From positions 99,643 through 163,642 of the IMG/VR virus record IMGVR_UViG_3300046779_000879: a stretch of DNA of 64,000 nt. One strand, written 5' to 3'. The position numbers and the translations under genes were made by a program. This document shows positions 17,352 through 27,297 of the stretch, in pieces (position 1 is the first letter of the stretch; the number at the start of each line of letters is the position of its first letter). This DNA is from a virus. The notes under the pieces are model-generated. The model had not been told where the DNA came from. It saw only the letters and a program-made list of their open reading frames with translations, and searched no databases.

Positions 17352-18404
17352 TTATACCTCGACATTAACAGCTTCAGTGTATAATGTTCTCATGAATGTT
17401 TTAATCTGTTCTTTGTCAACGTCTGTTTCAATAGAGTCAACATAGTTAGATAAAACAGATACGGTATCTTCAAGATTAATTTCTTCATCGATTTGACCTT
17501 CTTCAAATTCAGAAAAGTCTTCAATAATCTTAATCTCGTAGCATCCTTTATTATACAACTTTTGAATGAACTTGTCAAATTTATAATAGTCAGTCTTATT
17601 AACTACAACTAACTTTACATACTTACTAGTTAAATCAATTAGATCGAGGTCGATGGGATCGGATTCTTTGTCGTCGTATTCGACTCTTTCAAACATAGTA
17701 TTTGGATTTGATATGAACTCGAGTTCTCTTCGCTCGAGATCAAACAAGTGGAATCCTCTAGTGTCTTTGTAATCCTGCCAAGTAAGTTCATAGGGATTGC
17801 CGAGATAGTAAATATGACCATCATCTGAACGATGATGATAATGACCAGAAAAAACCATATCAAACTTGTCAAATATTTCTTTAGAAAGACCCTCATGGGA
17901 TTCCATTCCTCTGTGCATTGCAAAACCTGCGATCTCAAAGTGACCCATACAGATTTCTGCTTTAGTGTTTTTCATTTCATCAAGAGATTCTTGATAGTTT
18001 TCAGGACAAATCCAAGGCATCATACAAATGCTAGTTCCATCAATGACAATTGTTTCTGGAGAATCAATAACGTCAATGTTATTATACTCACGCAACAATA
18101 AGTCTGGAGAGTTTACATCGTTAGTGTTCTTGTAGTATGTGTCGTGATTACCTGCAAGCATATGAACACGAATACCACGTTCTTCTAATTTGTCAAAGAA
18201 CATTTTTTTGGCACGATCCAATGCATAGAAGTTTACATATTTACGTCTATCAAAAGTGTCACCAAGAATAAGAACAGTATTAATACCAGCTGCATCAAGA
18301 CTAGGAAAGAAAGTATCGTCATAAAATTTTTGAAAGAAATCTAAGAAAGCGATACTATCATTTCTAGCACCGAAGTGCTGGTCTGTAATAATTGCTACCT
18401 TCAA
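17352..18404 (-). CDS. gp47: Recombination endonuclease subunit (Mre11/SbcD-like)
   Basis: ITDQHFG, LGDTFD, GNHD, SGHYH metallophosphoesterase motifs. Confidence 0.95.
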   Translation of the reverse strand: MKVAIITDQHFGARNDSIAFLDFFQKFYDDTFFPSLDAAGINTVLILGDTFDRRKYVNFYALDRAKKMFFDKLEERGIRVHMLAGNHDTYYKNTNDVNSPDLLLREYNNIDVIDSPETIVIDGTSICMMPWICPENYQESLDEMKNTKAEICMGHFEIAGFAMHRGMESHEGLSKEIFDKFDMVFSGHYHHRSDDGHIYYLGNPYELTWQDYKDTRGFHLFDLERRELEFISNPNTMFERVEYDDKESDPIDLDLIDLTSKYVKLVVVNKTDYYKFDKFIQKLYNKGCYEIKIIEDFSEFEEGQIDEEINLEDTVSVLSNYVDSIETDVDKEQIKTFMRTLYTEAVNVEV

Positions 18405-19579
18405 ATGAACCCTACCTTTCTATTCACAGAGGAAACACCAGCGTGTGTTTGTTTATTAAAGATCTCAGCCAAGCTGTAATCTTTTTTGTCTTTGTCAACT
18501 TCAACACCAAGTTTTGCAGCAAGTTTATTTGCATCAGCGTAAGATAATGTATCAAAAGTTAAGATGTCAAAGCAACGACCTGGACGAACCAACGCAGAAT
18601 CAATATCACGAATGCTTGGAAGGTTAGTAGAGAAAATCATCTTCTTACCTTTGGTCGTAACAAGACCATCACCCACATTCAAGAAACGATGCATCATTGT
18701 GTTACCATCGCTACGTGACTTTAAGAATGCATCACTGTCTTCAAGAACCATAATCTCTGCATCATCCTCGATGAACTTTGCGAAGAAACCATCTTTCTCA
18801 AGAATACCAGCATCGTATGTTACGATTGCAGAGCAGTTACGATGAGCCAATAGACCACGAATGAATGTAGTCTTACCAGTTCCTGGAGGTCCAATTAATA
18901 GGAGAATGTTGGCGGAAGATTCCATGTAACGATCGTAGTAATCATTAAGAGATTCACCATTAAGGAATGGATACATTTCTTCAACAGGAAGACGATCTCG
19001 ATTGAGTGGTACGTTCACAGAATTCCCATCGCTGGAATAGATCCATTCGATATAAGATGTGACAACATCAAAAGACGCTTCAACCATCTCAATCATATCT
19101 TCAGCGTATTTTACATCACCATATGCACGAACAGTGGTCGTGTTTGAATTTACATCAAACTTAACAAAGTTGTTTGTTTCCTCTTCGATAATCATACCAG
19201 AAGAAGAATTATTTTGAATGTAGAGTTGTTCGCTGAAGATATCTTCTGCCCACTTCTTCCAGCGTTCACGATTGCAAAGAACTGTAGTCTCACGCTGAAC
19301 TGTAGGGTTGCCAGTATCTGCACGACGCTTCATAATTTCTGCAGTGATTAGATCCTCAACATCTGATACACCCAAGAAAATTTTGTTATCATTATTATTC
19401 ATAATCTCTTTCAAATTAAACTGATTGTCAAACGCATCCCATGGAAACTTACGAAGAAGTCTTTTAGTATTAGATTTATTTGCTCTTTTAAATCTATTTC
19501 TTGTTCTTGCTAATGCTGGTGTAAAGTTTGGAGTGCTTGAACTTAGTTCACGAATCAAGTCTCTTATCGAGTTGCTCAT
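18401..19579 (-). CDS. AAA ATPase (BCS1-like classic AAA clade)
   Basis: GPPGTGKT, MVLEDSD, FSTN, DSALVRPGRCFD, C-terminal KVGF; start may be 19579 or 19402. Confidence 0.85.
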   Translation of the reverse strand: MSNSIRDLIRELSSSTPNFTPALARTRNRFKRANKSNTKRLLRKFPWDAFDNQFNLKEIMNNNDNKIFLGVSDVEDLITAEIMKRRADTGNPTVQRETTVLCNRERWKKWAEDIFSEQLYIQNNSSSGMIIEEETNNFVKFDVNSNTTTVRAYGDVKYAEDMIEMVEASFDVVTSYIEWIYSSDGNSVNVPLNRDRLPVEEMYPFLNGESLNDYYDRYMESSANILLLIGPPGTGKTTFIRGLLAHRNCSAIVTYDAGILEKDGFFAKFIEDDAEIMVLEDSDAFLKSRSDGNTMMHRFLNVGDGLVTTKGKKMIFSTNLPSIRDIDSALVRPGRCFDILTFDTLSYADANKLAAKLGVEVDKDKKDYSLAEIFNKQTHAGVSSVNRKVGFI

Positions 19580-20111
19580 CAATATCACCTTCTATAAAAT
19601 CATCTAAATTGGTCAACTTCTTTTTCTTCTTATCTTTTTTACGATCCATGAACGTATCATCGAACGTATGATTTTGTTGCATGAAATCTAGATAAGCATT
19701 TTTATATTCACCAGTATCATCTTGTTCTTGTAACTCAAACATCTCAAACGGCATGTCTTGTATCAACTTACCTTTAATATAACTTTGTTTCTTTTCCTTG
19801 GCGATCCTGCGTAAGAATGCATAGTAGATAATCTGTGTGAAGTAAGCGAAAGGATTACTAGACTTATCTGGATTAAAGTTATCAATATACTGAATGCAAT
19901 TTTCTACACCATCAAGAATCATATCATCTCGATAAGAGTAGTTTATAAAATTGGGTTTGTATGACAGGTGGGTTGCGATTTTAAGAATGCATTCACCGAT
20001 GTAGTTGCTAACGATTGGTTTTGGTAAACCTTTTTCTTCAGCTTCTTTGGTCTTTTCTTTCCACTCGATAATTGCAGCTAGAAAATCTTTGTTGTTTACA
20101 TAATGTGCCAT
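19548..20111 (-). CDS. gp55: Late transcription sigma factor
   Basis: HYVNNKDFL, YIGECILKIA, NPFAYFTQIIYYAFLRRIAKEK. Confidence 0.95.
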   Translation of the reverse strand: MAHYVNNKDFLAAIIEWKEKTKEAEEKGLPKPIVSNYIGECILKIATHLSYKPNFINYSYRDDMILDGVENCIQYIDNFNPDKSSNPFAYFTQIIYYAFLRRIAKEKKQSYIKGKLIQDMPFEMFELQEQDDTGEYKNAYLDFMQQNHTFDDTFMDRKKDKKKKKLTNLDDFIEGDIDEQLDKRLDS

Positions 20112-20149
20112 ACCATGGGGGTTCTTTCTTATAGTTCAAGTTATTCATA

Positions 20150-20178
20150 AGTATACATCAACTTCATACATAAGACAA
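20150..20178 (-). promoter_or_regulatory. Sigma70-type promoter of gp55
   Basis: TTGTCT-17 bp-TATACT with upstream TTGCAAATA. Confidence 0.7.
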
Positions 20179-20214
20179 GTTTTATATATTTGCAATATTG
20201 CTACTAAAATATAT

Positions 20215-20243
20215 TTGCTTTTTTATTTGTCTTGAGACATAAT
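20215..20243 (+). promoter_or_regulatory. Divergent plus-strand sigma70-type promoter with no downstream sense gene
   Basis: TTGCTT-17 bp-CATAAT on the plus strand. Confidence 0.5.
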
Positions 20244-20271
20244 CACGGTGTTAGGGTTTATGAGTGATAGA

Positions 20272-20673
20272 TTAGTTTATCGTATCATTTCCTTCAACAA
20301 AGGTAGTAAAACTCTCTTCTATCTTTTCCTCTTCCCAAGTAAGATCTTCTGCAGTTTTTCTTTCTTCTGTTTCCATCAAACCTAACTTCTCATGCTCATG
20401 TACGATTCGTAAATAATGAGGAATAAAAATATGATGCATCTTTTTAATGAACATCACATCTTTTTTATCTAACACGTATTTCACATCATCAGTAAATTGA
20501 CAAAGAGGATGAGCAGTGATATGCTCTTTGTTTGTTGCAACAACAGGGATAGTGCGAATGCACATTGGTGATTCAACCTCAACAAACATCTCGTCTTCAG
20601 AACGCAAGACTGCCATAACTTGTTCACCAGAAACAAGTTTTAGAACTACAAATAACTCGTTACCACTTAACAT
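20272..20673 (-). CDS. Conserved protein downstream of uvsW (Sm-like)
   Basis: VVLKLVSGEQVMA resembles the Sm-like gene at 4276. Confidence 0.7.
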   Translation of the reverse strand: MLSGNELFVVLKLVSGEQVMAVLRSEDEMFVEVESPMCIRTIPVVATNKEHITAHPLCQFTDDVKYVLDKKDVMFIKKMHHIFIPHYLRIVHEHEKLGLMETEERKTAEDLTWEEEKIEESFTTFVEGNDTIN

Positions 20674-22148
20674 AATTCCACCTCTACTATTTTAGTTTTA
20701 AAGTCTTCTTCAGCATAGGTTTTGTAACGCTCTGCTGCATGATTTAGAGTATGGTTTTTCCATGACTTCCAATGTAGGTCATCTGCCAAATCAAAAAGAT
20801 TACAAGTAGTCTTGCCATCTTTCATTCTTAACCCACGTCCAATACTTTGCAAATTACGGATTTTACTTTTTGATGGGCTTGCGAAAATAACATTCTCAAT
20901 CGAAGGTATGTTGATACCTGTCGAGAATGTCCCGAAAGAAGCAATGATGATAGCATCTTCCTCTCCCTCTGTGATATGTCTAATTGACTCACGATCAGAA
21001 GTTTCTGTTCCTCCGTACACAAAGAAAATTTTCCTGGTATCATGTGCCTTTTCTTTTATCATTTCGTATAAAATTTTGCCATGCTTTTCAACATACTGAA
21101 ATAATACAAGAGTGTTCCCAGTTGATTTAATCGCAAGATTACGTATAAACTTATTTCTTGGTTCAAATCCTACAATGAAATCCATTTCATCTTGATAGGT
21201 ATTATTCTTTCTTACTTTACGAATCTCTTCTGAGTATTTCAGAATTACACACATTATATTTAGGTTAGCCAGTTTATTGGAGTCCATCAATGCTTTAGTA
21301 GTAGTCACTCTATGTACTGGACCAAAGATACCCTCAAGAACCAAACGATGAATCTTTTTGTTATCCAGAGTACCTGTAGTTCCAATACGATAACGAATGC
21401 TGTCCATCTTTTCCATAATAGTAGTCAAAGACTTTGCTTTAAACTGATGGGCTTCGTCACCAAAGATAACATCAAACTGTTTAAACCAAGACTTGGGTTG
21501 TAGATAGCTTGAATGCCAAGTTGTAATTAAAACATCCTTAGTGAACTCTTTTGTAAAACCACTGTATAGTTTTTGTACGTGAGTAGATGTTTTCCAACCA
21601 TTGGCAGAAGAATAGTCTTCGAAGTCAGTATACAACTGTTCAACAAGAGATGTAGTTGGAACAATGATGATACACTTTCTACCTGCATCTAAATGATAAC
21701 GTAAAGTGGTATAAATTATAAATGACTTTCCAGAAGCAGTCGGAGATAATAGGAGTGTCCGCTCTTTATCGAGAGCAGTCTTTACTGCTTCAACTTGATA
21801 GTCACGAATCTCAATAGGATTACCACGACCATGTGGTTTTAGCGATGCAGCATACTGCTCAATCTGTTCATGAGTGATGCCGTTGCTTGTTGTGATTTCT
21901 GTTTTAAAAGTTAATGGATAACCATTTCTTTCACAGAACTCTTGCACGTAATTTAATAAACCAATGTAAAGAGTTTTTCTTACTTGGTCATAAAGACGAA
22001 CTTTTCCATCCCAGAGTCTGGCACGAAATTGTGGCGTAAATCTTGCACCTGGATATTCATACGTAAAGAACTCAGCCAGTTCTTGTTCAATACTTGGCTC
22101 AGCGAAAACACGCATGTATACTTCATCTAATTTTTCAATGGTTACCAT
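20667..22148 (-). CDS. uvsW: UvsW DNA/RNA helicase
   Basis: RDYQ, SPTASGKS, DEAH, STGINI, QSIGRGLR. Confidence 0.95.
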   Translation of the reverse strand: MVTIEKLDEVYMRVFAEPSIEQELAEFFTYEYPGARFTPQFRARLWDGKVRLYDQVRKTLYIGLLNYVQEFCERNGYPLTFKTEITTSNGITHEQIEQYAASLKPHGRGNPIEIRDYQVEAVKTALDKERTLLLSPTASGKSFIIYTTLRYHLDAGRKCIIIVPTTSLVEQLYTDFEDYSSANGWKTSTHVQKLYSGFTKEFTKDVLITTWHSSYLQPKSWFKQFDVIFGDEAHQFKAKSLTTIMEKMDSIRYRIGTTGTLDNKKIHRLVLEGIFGPVHRVTTTKALMDSNKLANLNIMCVILKYSEEIRKVRKNNTYQDEMDFIVGFEPRNKFIRNLAIKSTGNTLVLFQYVEKHGKILYEMIKEKAHDTRKIFFVYGGTETSDRESIRHITEGEEDAIIIASFGTFSTGINIPSIENVIFASPSKSKIRNLQSIGRGLRMKDGKTTCNLFDLADDLHWKSWKNHTLNHAAERYKTYAEEDFKTKIVEVELC

Positions 22149-22585
22149 CACATCCCTGCTAGAAACTTCTTCCATTCAACTGCTGTTTTAATAGTCCAAT
22201 CACGAGATTTAATTTGACCAAGAACAGACTCAAGAAAATAAATCATCGTCTCAAGATAATCAATCTTGACTCTTAATGTATTTAGATCTGAATCACCAGA
22301 AAGGAATTCATCCATCTCATTCTTGAGTGGTTTGATACCTTGCCACTGTCCCCAGTCAAGTGCTTGTAATTCTTCACGTGATAGTTCGCCACGATAGTAA
22401 CGAAACTTATTTTTACGTAGAAGATTATAATCTGATTGAAGTTTAGTGTGCTTGAGTTTTACATTGATTAAAAATCGAATGTACTTAGCGTGAAGTTTTG
22501 GAGTTTTTGTGGCATGTTCTCCGAGATAGTTGTCATCAATCTCGCAGTCTTTATCCCACTCTTCTTGCAATTGTTCAATATTCAT
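22148..22585 (-). CDS. uvsY: Recombination mediator UvsY
   Basis: WDKDCEID, PKLHAKY, IKTAVEWKKFLAG. Confidence 0.92.
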   Translation of the reverse strand: MNIEQLQEEWDKDCEIDDNYLGEHATKTPKLHAKYIRFLINVKLKHTKLQSDYNLLRKNKFRYYRGELSREELQALDWGQWQGIKPLKNEMDEFLSGDSDLNTLRVKIDYLETMIYFLESVLGQIKSRDWTIKTAVEWKKFLAGM

Positions 22586-22610
22586 AATAACCTCAAATTT
22601 AGATACTGCT

Positions 22611-22639
22611 ATTATACAGTAATCTTACAAAAAAATCAA
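22611..22639 (-). promoter_or_regulatory. Sigma70-type promoter of uvsY
   Basis: TTGATT-17 bp-TATAAT. Confidence 0.7.
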
Positions 22640-22646
22640 GTTTGTC

Positions 22647-23180
22647 TTACAAGAATTTGTAATATCCGTAGCGGAATGTAGCGTTGCCGATTAGATATTG
22701 CACGTCAGTATTTGTTCCTGCAAATTGTAATGAGTCTATTGCAATTGGAAACAAATCAATAAATTGCACAGTTTTTACAATTTGATTATTACCAGAAAGA
22801 ATTTGTAATGTTGCGTCAGAGTAGTTTGTCGCTAACTCTGAAGTTATACCACGATTGTCTGCACCAATAAATGTTGTATACTGTTCATAATCATTTGGAA
22901 ACCCAAGAGCAACGATCCAGTTATAAATCGCTTGATAATTCGTCATGGTCTCATCAATTAAAAACTGCACTGTTAATTGATCGTATGTTAATGATTCACC
23001 TGGAATTGGTTGTGTTTGAAATGGGTTACCATATTCAGGAGAACCTAATGTAATTCCTGGAAGATTAACGGACTGAGCAAAGAAGTTTAACTCAGGTAAT
23101 TTTTGAATGGTAAACATAAACCCATTAGGTGATAATGGATTAATGTTGCTTGGAATTGGACAAGTAATAGTAGTATTCAT
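22647..23180 (-). CDS. gp3: Tail completion / sheath stabiliser
   Basis: NPLSPNGF.F, VNLPGI, YSDATLQIL; typical position after gp23; late promoter at 23186-23193. Confidence 0.88.
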   Translation of the reverse strand: MNTTITCPIPSNINPLSPNGFMFTIQKLPELNFFAQSVNLPGITLGSPEYGNPFQTQPIPGESLTYDQLTVQFLIDETMTNYQAIYNWIVALGFPNDYEQYTTFIGADNRGITSELATNYSDATLQILSGNNQIVKTVQFIDLFPIAIDSLQFAGTNTDVQYLIGNATFRYGYYKFL

Positions 23181-23196
23181 ACAATTATTTAGGAAT

Positions 23197-23225
23197 AAAA
23201 AAAGAGGATCCGAAGATCCTCTTTT
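23197..23225 (-). terminator. Intrinsic terminator of gp23 (C-UUCG-G loop)
   Basis: AAAAGAGGATC-TTCG-GATCCTCTTTTTTT. Confidence 0.85.
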
Positions 23226-23267
23226 AAATTACCGCTTCTTTGTCGGCTTCGTAGCCAACTCGATGGA

Positions 23268-24575
23268 TTACATCAAGTTAGAAACCTTAACACGACGGTA
23301 GTAGTAGTTAGCGTTAGCTGTCAAGTTGTCCTGGCCAGAAGTGCCGTCATCCAAGTTAACGAATGGGTTAGCAACTAGACCATAACGAGTCTTGAAGCCA
23401 ATTTTTGGCTGGAAGCTGTTAGGATCAACTGCACGAACCAACTGGAGTGGAACGTATGGGCAATAGAACAAACCAGCATCAAATGCTGACTGACCTTTGT
23501 AACCAACAACGAAGAACTGAGTGTTAGATACGTTTGAAGTATATGGATCAACATACACTTTGTACTTACCATTCAATACACCAGCGAAAGTAGTGCTTGT
23601 GTCATCGATGTTTAGATTGCTGTTACCTTGTAGAGCAGGAGTGTAGTCAAGTACACCAGCCATCGCTAGAGCAGACGCAACGTCAGCTGAAGTGATGATG
23701 AAGTTACCACGACCACGACGTGTTTGTTGACCGATTGCATTGGCTTCACGTTCGATTTGGAACATTAGACCCTTGAACTTCTCAACAGACCAACGACCAT
23801 TAGAGTCAGTGTCTAAGTCGAAAGTACCAGCAGTAGTAGTACCAACTGCAGCACCAGCTTTAGCTGTCTTGTAGATTGTACGGATAACTTCACGGTTGAT
23901 TTCAGCAAGGATCTCTGTTGAAAGGATGTTGCTCAATTCACCTTCAGCGTCAAGACCATGAACAGATTTCATATCTTGAGCTAATTCGATTGAGTACTCA
24001 GCTTTCAAAGCACGAGTCTTAGCAGTTACAGAAGTCTTCTCGATAGAGAAAGCCATTGCACCGAAAGAACCATCACCAGATCCGCCTTGACCTAAACGCT
24101 CTGCATCAGCAGTAGCGATACCAGTACCAGTAGTTTCAGAACCACCGAAATCGTATGCGCCAGAGTGTGTACCTGTACCAGCGAAGTCTGTATCAGCTTC
24201 GTTGAATAGAGCCTCAGTACCACCTTGAGTTGAATAACGTGACTTCATTGCGAAAATCAAGCCAGTTGGTTGAGTCATTGGCTGAACACCAGCAACGTCA
24301 TAAGCGATCATCTGTGGCATTGCACGACGGACTAAAGAGATAAGAACTGGATCGAACTTAGCGAAACCATTGGTATCGCCATAGCTACCAACAGCGTTAG
24401 CTGGAGCAGCTTCGTTCAACTCACCCATAGCTTCGTGACCACGACGGATCTCACGCTCTTGGTTCTCTAGAAGAACAGCAGTAACTTCTTTACGATAGTT
24501 ATCTTTGATTGGTGCTACTGATTCTGATTCAAGAATCGGAGCCCATTTTTTAACTAAATCTTGACGAATTGTCAT
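23268..24575 (-). CDS. gp23: Major capsid protein
   Basis: GVQPMTQPTGLIFAM, RALKAEYSIELAQD, EINREVIR, FQPKIGFKTRYG. Confidence 0.98.
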   Translation of the reverse strand: MTIRQDLVKKWAPILESESVAPIKDNYRKEVTAVLLENQEREIRRGHEAMGELNEAAPANAVGSYGDTNGFAKFDPVLISLVRRAMPQMIAYDVAGVQPMTQPTGLIFAMKSRYSTQGGTEALFNEADTDFAGTGTHSGAYDFGGSETTGTGIATADAERLGQGGSGDGSFGAMAFSIEKTSVTAKTRALKAEYSIELAQDMKSVHGLDAEGELSNILSTEILAEINREVIRTIYKTAKAGAAVGTTTAGTFDLDTDSNGRWSVEKFKGLMFQIEREANAIGQQTRRGRGNFIITSADVASALAMAGVLDYTPALQGNSNLNIDDTSTTFAGVLNGKYKVYVDPYTSNVSNTQFFVVGYKGQSAFDAGLFYCPYVPLQLVRAVDPNSFQPKIGFKTRYGLVANPFVNLDDGTSGQDNLTANANYYYRRVKVSNLM

Positions 24576-24593
24576 TTTATTTTCCTTTTAAAT

Positions 24594-25577
24594 TTATTTG
24601 TTGAGTGCTGATAGATAAGCTGACATAACTGGATCTAATTTCTTAGACTCTGTCAGTGCCTCTACTGGAGCATCAGTAACTACAGATTTAACTTCTGCAG
24701 TTGCTTTGGTTGTGAAATAATTTTCACGGATAGTCTTAACTTTTGTCTCAAAAGTTTCAGCATCTTCGTAAGATAATTCTTCAACAAGACTCATAAACTT
24801 TTCAGTTTCTGTATCTGTCAAACCTTCGCTTACTGTCTTAACGATTTCGCCACGCTTTGCTTCAGCAAGAGTCTTGCTTAATTCAATGTTAGCAGCAACT
24901 TGTTCGTTAAGTTTTGCTTCGAGTTCTTCCATCTTAGCTTCCATTTCACCAAGAACGTCAAAACGCTCTTCAGGAACATCGATGTAGTGCTCTTCAAATA
25001 GACCTTTCAATCCATTCACGAAACCTTCTAAGATTTCTGACTTCATACCACGCTCAAGGGCAATTTCATTCTGTGCAATCCACTGCTCGGCTACATAACC
25101 GAGATATCCATCAACTTGTTCAACGAGACCCTCTACATTCTGCGCAATGCTCTCTTGGAGCTTTGCTTCGAATTCTTCTTCTAAGCGAGCGACTTCCGTT
25201 TTTACACGGGTCATCACTGCTGCTTCAAAAATTGTTTCTGCTTTCTGTTTAAATTCTTCAGAAAGATCTTCACCATTCAATAGTGCGTCAACATCTTCTT
25301 TGACACTTTTGATAACTGACTGGTCACCAGCTTCTGCTTTTGCAGTAGCAACATTAGCTTTCTTAGATGTAGCATTTGCAGCTTCATCTTCGTCATCCAC
25401 GTTGTTACGAGCATTGTCTGGATTAGGTGTTTCACCACCATTTGGTACTGGGTCACCAGTACGAATTACTGACTGGTCACCAGCTTGTGCGTTTTCAGTA
25501 GTAGTCTTGCTACCACCTTCAGCACCTGCTAGTTTTGATTCTGCTAAAATTTCAGCGATTTTTTGTTCGATTGACAT
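24594..25577 (-). CDS. gp22: Prohead core scaffold protein
   Basis: LSEEFKQKAETIFEAAV, GLKGLFEEHYIDVP, IRENYF; late promoter TATAAATA at 25612-25619. Confidence 0.93.
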   Translation of the reverse strand: MSIEQKIAEILAESKLAGAEGGSKTTTENAQAGDQSVIRTGDPVPNGGETPNPDNARNNVDDEDEAANATSKKANVATAKAEAGDQSVIKSVKEDVDALLNGEDLSEEFKQKAETIFEAAVMTRVKTEVARLEEEFEAKLQESIAQNVEGLVEQVDGYLGYVAEQWIAQNEIALERGMKSEILEGFVNGLKGLFEEHYIDVPEERFDVLGEMEAKMEELEAKLNEQVAANIELSKTLAEAKRGEIVKTVSEGLTDTETEKFMSLVEELSYEDAETFETKVKTIRENYFTTKATAEVKSVVTDAPVEALTESKKLDPVMSAYLSALNK

Positions 25578-25621
25578 CGTTTTCTCCTGTAACTGGATAG
25601 TTCTATTAAATTATTTATAAC

Positions 25622-26275
25622 TTATCTGATTTTACTCAGAAAATGTTGGAATGCCTTAATCTTGGCTTCCTGTAAATTCTTTGATGAAGTTTTCTTAATA
25701 AAAGACTGAACTTCTTCAATATGTTTTTCCACAAACTTTCCATCAACAAAAACCCACTCTTTTGACTCCATGATACCACGCACAAATGCGTCAGGAGCAG
25801 AAGGGTCGGCAACGATGTCAGCTGCAGTGGACAGCATAAAATCGTCTTGAACTACTTGAACACCCTCATTATTTGTTTTGAGAGATCCAAGTGCTCTGCT
25901 AGAAACACCAAGATTTGCACCGCCATCTAAAAGACCACGTGCAATCATACCCATTGGGGTTTCTAGAATCTTTGCCTTACCGATATAATTTGTGCCTTCT
26001 TTTTTCAAAGAAACGATCATGTGAGATACTCTATCAAGGTTAATTGATGGGGTATCTGGGTGACCTAATTCACCATATGCACGATTATTATCAACAGATT
26101 CTTTCATGTAACGAGCAACTTCACGATCCATAACTGATTCTGGATACATGCGACCATTACGATTCTTGAGTTCAGATTGAAGGAAAATACCTTCAATAAA
26201 ATATTCTTTACCTTTGCCGAGTTTGTTCTCAACAATAAGGTTAGTAGATTCGGTTACTTCTCTAATGAGTTTCAT
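25622..26275 (-). CDS. gp21: Prohead protease
   Basis: NRNGRMYP, AYGELGHP, GVSSRALGS, DIVADPSAPDAFV. Confidence 0.95.
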   Translation of the reverse strand: MKLIREVTESTNLIVENKLGKGKEYFIEGIFLQSELKNRNGRMYPESVMDREVARYMKESVDNNRAYGELGHPDTPSINLDRVSHMIVSLKKEGTNYIGKAKILETPMGMIARGLLDGGANLGVSSRALGSLKTNNEGVQVVQDDFMLSTAADIVADPSAPDAFVRGIMESKEWVFVDGKFVEKHIEEVQSFIKKTSSKNLQEAKIKAFQHFLSKIR

Positions 26276-26284
26276 TTTTATACC

Positions 26285-26749
26285 TTATGGTTTATCTGGA
26301 CTACCTGAAAGTGTAGTGCTTGCACCGACTTGGGTTTCATCATCGTATGCACCATAAACAGCAGTCTCAACCTTAGTAGTGTATCCACTTACTTTACGTA
26401 GTGTAAGATAACATTGTGCTTCTGCACCAGCAATTGTTACAACAATGTCGCTGGCATTTTCAATATTATCAACAAAACCAGAACCTGCCGCAAATTCAAT
26501 ATAGTCAGCACCGCCACCTGGAAGTGTTAAAATATTAACTGAGTTTCTAGTGATAGTAATTGTAGCACCAGGTAAACCGACCCATTGTACACCAGCAATA
26601 TTAACTCTTGAAGTTGGAGGTGATGTAACTGCTTGAGTAGAAGCTATGAGATCTGTTGATAAAGTAATCGTAGCAGATGCAGCAGTACCTGCTATTTTAA
26701 CCACAGATTCTTGGTTTGTATTTTTAAGAATTGTCTTAGTGACTGCCAT
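26285..26749 (-). CDS. Head-cluster hypothetical structural protein
   Basis: 154 aa, beta-rich, between gp67-like and gp21. Confidence 0.7.
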   Translation of the reverse strand: MAVTKTILKNTNQESVVKIAGTAASATITLSTDLIASTQAVTSPPTSRVNIAGVQWVGLPGATITITRNSVNILTLPGGGADYIEFAAGSGFVDNIENASDIVVTIAGAEAQCYLTLRKVSGYTTKVETAVYGAYDDETQVGASTTLSGSPDKP

Positions 26750-26751
26750 CT

Positions 26752-27297
26752 TTATTCCTCTATTTGTTCAAGCACATGAAAGAAGTTCTCTTTTGACTCT
26801 CTCATATACTCGATAATTTCTGTTTGGTTCTGTAATAAGTTATTTAGGCGACTTTGAGTATGCTCACTAATTGCTACAATTGTGTCGTCTTTTAATACGT
26901 AATGAAGTTTACCTTCAACAAGACGATCAAGTTTGTTCAAAGCACGAATGTCTTGAACAACTGGGTCTACACTAAACATGTTAGAAGAAGCAAGTTGTAT
27001 ATAATTTTCGATTAATGTATCTGTAACTTTAATATCGTGATATTCTTTAATAATATTAGCGACAGTATGCTCAGATAGTTCTTCGTATGTTTGTTTTGAT
27101 ATTTGTTCTTCTAATTGATGCGAAATGTAGTCTTGTTTAATGTATTGCCTTGCTTCTTCTATACTTTGTAATTCTGTTTCTAATCCATTAATTAAGATTT
27201 TACCATCTTCAGTTCTTTCGATTAACTGACGATAAGACCTAATGCTTTCAACCACATTAGGTTTCTTTAAGGATTTAGAAAACTCTGAGTAGAACAT
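26752..27297 (-). CDS. Head-cluster hypothetical protein
   Basis: 181 aa in the gp68 position. Confidence 0.7.
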   Translation of the reverse strand: MFYSEFSKSLKKPNVVESIRSYRQLIERTEDGKILINGLETELQSIEEARQYIKQDYISHQLEEQISKQTYEELSEHTVANIIKEYHDIKVTDTLIENYIQLASSNMFSVDPVVQDIRALNKLDRLVEGKLHYVLKDDTIVAISEHTQSRLNNLLQNQTEIIEYMRESKENFFHVLEQIEE

